Positions 33,236 to 36,570 of a stretch of 36,570 bases of DNA are shown here, piece after piece. This DNA is from an uncultured Candidatus Saccharibacteria bacterium (GTDB taxonomy: Bacteria > Patescibacteriota > Saccharimonadia > Saccharimonadales > OMJO01), in the NCBI GenBank assembly GCA_964494415.1, contig CAZBRC010000002.1, positions 1 to 36,570 of the forward strand, read 5' to 3'. The notes beneath the pieces are model-generated. The model searched no databases. It was not told the DNA's origin and saw only the letters and a list, made by a program, of their open reading frames with translations. The translations under genes and the position numbers were made by a program. Position 1 is the first letter of the stretch; each line of letters begins with the position of its first letter.

Positions 33236-33635
33236 CCGTAACGGTGCCAGTCATGCTGCTGTGGAATGAACAGTGGTACGGGTAGGTGCCGGCTGTGTCA
33301 AAACTGACGGTGTAGCTTTCACCCCGATCAAGACTTCCGCTATCCAGGGTCTTACCACTGTCCGATGTTACGGTATGGGTTGTATCGTCATTGTTCGTCC
33401 AGGTAACCTTTGTACCCTTTTTTACCGTTATTTTATCGGGAGAAAAGGTCATGTCGCTGATGCTGACCTCATTTTGGTTTTCTTGGTCATTCTGGTTTGA
33501 TGTCGTAGACGACTGGCTTGATGAGCCGTTGTTAGTACTGCTGGTCTCGTCACTTGAATTATTATTTTGAACTATCAAAAAGGCCCCGACGCCAATAATC
33601 ACGACCGCCAGAATAATGAGATATGCTCGCTTCAT
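33225..33635 (-). CDS. Membrane-anchored cupredoxin (type-1 blue copper, amicyanin/plastocyanin-like)
   Basis: 136 aa. An N-terminal TM/signal anchor and a Ser/Asn/Thr/Gln-rich linker are followed by VTWTNNDDTTHTV ... YPYHCSFHSSMTGTV (His, Cys-x2-His-x2-Met ligand set). An AGGAGGG SD is present. Confidence 0.75.
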   Translation of the reverse strand: MKRAYLIILAVVIIGVGAFLIVQNNNSSDETSSTNNGSSSQSSTTSNQNDQENQNEVSISDMTFSPDKITVKKGTKVTWTNNDDTTHTVTSDSGKTLDSGSLDRGESYTVSFDTAGTYPYHCSFHSSMTGTVTVTD

Positions 33636-33700
33636 AGACCCTCCTATTACCCCTTCATTGTAGCACTTGCCCCAAATTGTGGATGGGTATTAAGAGTCGC

Positions 33701-34129
33701 TTAACTATTGTGCGCTAAATTACTCAGTAGGGTCTTATAGGTCGCAAGGTCTTTTGACCCGAACTGCTTGTCCAATTCTTGGCGGACACTTCCCAGGGTC
33801 GCGTTAACATTGTCCAGGGTACTGCGACCCTTGGCCGTCAGAATGATGTGTCGGCTGCGGCGATCGCTCGCTTGAGTTTTTTGTCGCAGCAAACGCATTT
33901 TGACAAGTTTGTTACAAAGGGCTGTGACTTGTGGCATGGTCACGTCCAAGGCTGTAGCTACGGCTGTCATGCTCAGACCATTACTCTTGCCTGTAGCTGC
34001 CACGCTTAACACTAACCACTCCATCATGGTCAGGTTGTACTCCTCTAGCCGACGATTAATCGGCAGTCGTAGATTCCGACTGGCTCGAGTCTGTAAGAGA
34101 GATAGCTCAAATAAATCGATTTGACTCAT
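33701..34129 (-). CDS. MarR-family transcriptional regulator
   Basis: 142 aa with a winged HTH: LSMTAVATALDVTMPQVTALCNKLVKMRLLRQKTQASDRRSRHIILTAKG. Its ATG overlaps the trxB stop (ATGA at 34126-34129). Confidence 0.8.
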   Translation of the reverse strand: MSQIDLFELSLLQTRASRNLRLPINRRLEEYNLTMMEWLVLSVAATGKSNGLSMTAVATALDVTMPQVTALCNKLVKMRLLRQKTQASDRRSRHIILTAKGRSTLDNVNATLGSVRQELDKQFGSKDLATYKTLLSNLAHNS

Positions 34130-35091
34130 GAGTGCTCCTTTCCGTGGGCATTACGTTCCTGTTCTTCTAAATACTGGCGCATTATGAGAGCAGCCGTAGC
34201 ACCCTCACCTGTCGCACTCGCAATCTGCATCGTCGCTCCGCTGCGGACGTCGCCTGCAGCAAATACACCTGGCACATTAGTCTCCAACGAGTCATTGGTT
34301 TTTACCATACCAATCTCGTCTAACTCGACGGCGCTTTTCTTGAGGAAGTCGGTGTTGGGTTGGAGCCCAACAAAGACGAAGACACCATCTGTTTTAAACT
34401 CTACTTTCTTTCCCTGAGATTTAGCTGTACCGACAACTTTGACAACTTTCCCATCTTCACCGACGATTTCGTCAGTCGTAGTGTTCATGTGCGCGGTAAT
34501 TTTATCGGTGTGTTTTTTTAGATCATTCTGGAGAATTTCGGAAGCTCGGAATTTGTCACCACGTACCAGTAAATCAATGTGGGAAGCAAAACGAGTCAAG
34601 AAAATTGCTTCTTGGACGGCCGAGTTACCACCACCGACCACTACCAACCGTTTATCGCGATAAAACGCCCCATCACAGGTTGCACAATAGTGCACGCCGC
34701 GGGCGTAATATTCTGATTCGCCGGGTATGCCAAGTTTCTTGTAGTCACTGCCGGTGGCAATTAAAACTGCTCGGGCGTGCATTGGCCCATCGGTGGTATC
34801 TAACAAAAGGTGGTCACCCTCTCTCTTGAGCGACAAAACTTCACCCAAACGAATATCGGCACCAAAACGCTCGGCCTGAGCTTGTAAGGCCGAGGCCAAG
34901 TCGAGTCCAGCCAAGCCCTCGGCAAAGCCTGGATAGTTGTCCACCCAATCTGTCACTGCCGCTAAACCACCGATAACACCCTTCTCAAAAAGCACGGTGT
35001 CGATATCTTCTCTGGTGGTGTAAATAGCTGCACTTAAGGCTGCTGGACCAGCCCCAATCATTACTACGTCGTGTGTTTCAATCTCCGCCAT
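34126..35091 (-). CDS. trxB: Thioredoxin-disulfide reductase
   Basis: 321 aa. GAGPAALSAAIY FAD motif, redox-active CATCDG, VVVGGGNSAVQEA NADPH motif and GVFAAGDV. Confidence 0.9.
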   Translation of the reverse strand: MAEIETHDVVMIGAGPAALSAAIYTTREDIDTVLFEKGVIGGLAAVTDWVDNYPGFAEGLAGLDLASALQAQAERFGADIRLGEVLSLKREGDHLLLDTTDGPMHARAVLIATGSDYKKLGIPGESEYYARGVHYCATCDGAFYRDKRLVVVGGGNSAVQEAIFLTRFASHIDLLVRGDKFRASEILQNDLKKHTDKITAHMNTTTDEIVGEDGKVVKVVGTAKSQGKKVEFKTDGVFVFVGLQPNTDFLKKSAVELDEIGMVKTNDSLETNVPGVFAAGDVRSGATMQIASATGEGATAALIMRQYLEEQERNAHGKEHS

Positions 35092-35118
35092 ACGTCCTCT
35101 GTATTATAGTTTGGTTCT

Positions 35119-35132
35119 CTTTAATATTAAAG
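35119..35132. promoter_or_regulatory. Perfect 14-bp palindrome CTTTAATATTAAAG upstream of trxB-marR (candidate MarR operator)
   Basis: Read directly. It lies 28-41 nt upstream of the trxB ATG and overlaps the -35 position relative to a TATAAT at 35108-35103 (minus strand). Confidence 0.3.
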
Positions 35133-35191
35133 TTTGTTTACCATTTAATCATTGATTCACATCACTAAGGTTCGTTGTGAACCCGTTTTGA

Positions 35192-35215
35192 AAACATGCC
35201 CACGGGGGCACGTTT
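35192..35215 (-). terminator. Rho-independent terminator after the glutaredoxin-like gene
   Basis: The minus-strand RNA reads AAACGUGCCC-CCGU-GGGCAUGUUU followed by UC. This is a 10-bp stem with one G.U pair (an A.C mismatch on the plus strand), and its 3' side runs into UUUUC. It lies 33 nt downstream of the stop at 35248. Confidence 0.5.
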
Positions 35216-35247
35216 CCATATTATGCTTTTGGTGTTTTGGTGATGGA

Positions 35248-35496
35248 CTAGCTTACAGCAGGAGCCAGGCGAGCCAGGTTGTAGCCAACGACTACTTCTC
35301 GGCTGTCATCTTGCTTGGTCACAACGGTGATTGGCACTGATAATTGGCCACTCAATTCGAAGGCTTCTTTTTGGCGAGTTGGGTCACTATCGAGATTTAC
35401 CTCTTCATAGGCATAGCCTTTGGCAGCTAACCATTTTTTAACCATTACGCAATACCCGCAGGTATTGGTCGTAAAGATAGTAATATTCTTCGGCAT
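35248..35496 (-). CDS. Glutaredoxin-like / NrdH-like small redoxin
   Basis: 82 aa. ITIFTTNTCGYCVMVKKWL (CxxC) and SVPITVV..VVGYN in a thioredoxin fold. An AGAGGGG SD is present. Confidence 0.8.
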   Translation of the reverse strand: MPKNITIFTTNTCGYCVMVKKWLAAKGYAYEEVNLDSDPTRQKEAFELSGQLSVPITVVTKQDDSREVVVGYNLARLAPAVS

Positions 35497-35584
35497 AGTA
35501 TGTACCCCTCTTTTAATGTTTGTGCTTTATAGTTTTTAGTTTGCTACCGTCCCCTCACTGGACCGGTTTTGGACTACAATAGGT

Positions 35585-35614
35585 AGTTTACTCTAGCGTT
35601 TATGGTTAAGTCAA
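35585..35614 (-). promoter_or_regulatory. Candidate promoter TTGACT-18 nt-TAAACT for the glutaredoxin-like gene
   Basis: The minus strand has TTGACT (35614-35609) and TAAACT (35590-35585). A weak inverted repeat ACTAC-N5-GTAGT (35573-35587) overlaps the -10 and +1. The predicted leader is about 85 nt. Confidence 0.35.
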
Positions 35615-35662
35615 TACCCCCACATATTGTGTTTTTTGCTACTTTTTGGCCTATATTTGGGG

Positions 35663-36211
35663 TTACTGCCCCACCTTGACTAATTCGATGTCGAATACTA
35701 GATCGGCGTTGGCAGGGATACCAGAACCTGATGGCGGGTTAGCTCCGTAAGCCTGGTCGGCGGGAATCAATAAGCGACGTTTGCCGCCAACTTGCATACC
35801 GGGCACTCCGTCGGTCCAACCCTTAATCACTTGGTTCAAGCCAAAGCTAATGGGTTGACCCATGTCGTGAGAGCTCTGAAAGATAACACCAGTTGCTGCC
35901 ACGGCCCCGGTGTAGTGTACGGTGACAGTGTCACCGGCTTTAACGGCATCGCCACTGCCAGCGGTTAGGTCAATTTTTTGTAGCTGATCTACCTTGGTAA
36001 CGGGCGTGAAGCCCTCGAGTTTTGTTCCCTGCAATTTACCCTCCTGTGGTGTTGTTTGGTTAGTTTGACTACTGTCGGTAGCTTTTTGAGCCTTCTCGGC
36101 TTGATTAGTCTGGTGGATTTGCCAGAACACAGCCACTGTTAACGCGATTGATGAAATAAAGAACAGTAGTGCCCCCACAATTGCGAAAATGCGCTGGTGT
36201 ACTTTGGCCAT
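35663..36211 (-). CDS. Membrane-anchored FKBP-type peptidyl-prolyl cis-trans isomerase
   Basis: 182 aa. An N-terminal TM helix (IFAIVGALLFFISSIALTVAVF) is followed by an FKBP domain: VTVHYTG...FQSSHDMGQPISFGLNQVIKGWTDGVPGMQVGGKRRLLIPADQAYG. An AAGGAGGG SD is present. Confidence 0.85.
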   Translation of the reverse strand: MAKVHQRIFAIVGALLFFISSIALTVAVFWQIHQTNQAEKAQKATDSSQTNQTTPQEGKLQGTKLEGFTPVTKVDQLQKIDLTAGSGDAVKAGDTVTVHYTGAVAATGVIFQSSHDMGQPISFGLNQVIKGWTDGVPGMQVGGKRRLLIPADQAYGANPPSGSGIPANADLVFDIELVKVGQ

Positions 36212-36272
36212 GAACCCTCCTTACACTGATAACTTGTCTAGTATACCGCACTTTGAATGACGCAAACCTAAA

Positions 36273-36570
36273 CTAACTGGCAATTTCGTAGGCTTTAAGT
36301 TTTTGGGTTTTGGCCTCAGTTTTGTCACCGCGTTGTAAAGCTAGTAACTGCGCGTAGACGCCGTTAGTTTTAGCCAGCTCGGCTGGTGAGCCAACCTCGT
36401 GGATAGCCCCACCTTGAATTGTCACAATCTGGTCAACGTGTTGAATAGTACTCAAACGGTGGGCAATGATGATGGTAGTGCGGTTTTTCATAAGACGTTC
36501 TAGGGCTTCCTGAACCATTGCCTCGCTCCGGCTATCTAAGCTACTGGTGGCTTCATCGAGTATTAAAATC
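36273..36570 (-). CDS. ABC transporter ATP-binding/permease protein, C-terminal end (MsbA/exporter type); 5' part lies beyond the window
   Basis: The frame is open to the window edge: ILILDEATSSLDSRSEAMVQEALERLMKNRTTIIIAHRLSTIQHVDQIVTIQGGAIHEVGSPAEL contains Walker B, the D-loop and the H-loop. Confidence 0.85.
   Translation of the reverse strand, partial: ILILDEATSSLDSRSEAMVQEALERLMKNRTTIIIAHRLSTIQHVDQIVTIQGGAIHEVGSPAELAKTNGVYAQLLALQRGDKTEAKTQKLKAYEIAS

Noticed and set aside
35152-35340. A 62-aa plus-strand ORF spanning the terminator and the 3' end of the glutaredoxin-like gene.
   Set aside because: It has a TTG start without an SD and a Cys/Trp-rich improbable product. It overlaps a well-supported gene and a minus-strand terminator.
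35616-35631. An NrdR-box-like sequence (CCCCCACATATTGTGT) upstream of the NrdH-like redoxin gene.
   Set aside because: Only the right half matches the NrdR consensus as I recall it (about 12 of 16). There is no second box at the usual spacing of about 31 bp, and no nrd genes are in the window. It is kept only as a minor note within the leader finding.
1-36570. Alternative genetic code (UGA recoding as in some CPR lineages), mobile elements, and defence systems (RM, CRISPR-Cas, TA, retron, DGR).
   Set aside because: All long homologous ORFs read through under code 11, with TGA used as a real stop (for example gatA). I found no recombinase, reverse transcriptase, Cas, methyltransferase-endonuclease pair, repeat array or flanking direct repeats by eye. 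A profile search of the hypothetical proteins would be needed for certainty.

Overview
This is a dense, almost entirely protein-coding 36.6-kb chromosomal segment with about 42 CDS. Genes are cut at both window edges. By eye I found no rRNA, tRNA, CRISPR array, transposase, integrase, reverse transcriptase or phage genes. The content is mostly housekeeping:
- clpC (partial) and nusA
- pepN
- rplS-rnhB-yraN
- a short malic enzyme
- an orphan PilB/GspE ATPase
- a TrmH-family methylase
- a CAP-domain surface protein
- dnaE
- gatC-gatA-(144-aa insert)-gatB
- uvrB
- a 6.6-kb central-carbon block (PfkB-type kinase, class II FBA, split transketolase, rpe, rpiB, gap)
- NUDIX hydrolase, ppa and GDPD
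- a redox block (FNR-like reductase, cupredoxin, marR, trxB, glutaredoxin-like protein)
- an FKBP PPIase and a partial ABC exporter

Standard code 11 reads through all long ORFs. The gene set, the split transketolase, the compaction (start/stop overlaps, convergent 3' overlaps up to 68 nt) and the many small membrane-anchored proteins suggest a reduced-genome Patescibacteria/CPR organism, Saccharibacteria-like. That assignment is inference only.

I do not see a recognisable defence or mobile system. The most notable observations are:
1. A -10-like hexamer recurs exactly 6-7 nt upstream of ATGs that lack a Shine-Dalgarno (SD) site, suggesting a leaderless gene class alongside strongly SD-led genes.
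2. An unassignable 401-410-aa protein is translationally abutted to a TIGR00725/LOG-like SLOG protein just upstream of uvrB. A divergent 274-aa orphan and palindromes lie next to it.
3. A small membrane protein is translationally coupled inside gatCAB.
4. A terminator-like hairpin plus U6 sits in the nusA leader.
5. Palindromic operator candidates lie in front of trxB-marR.
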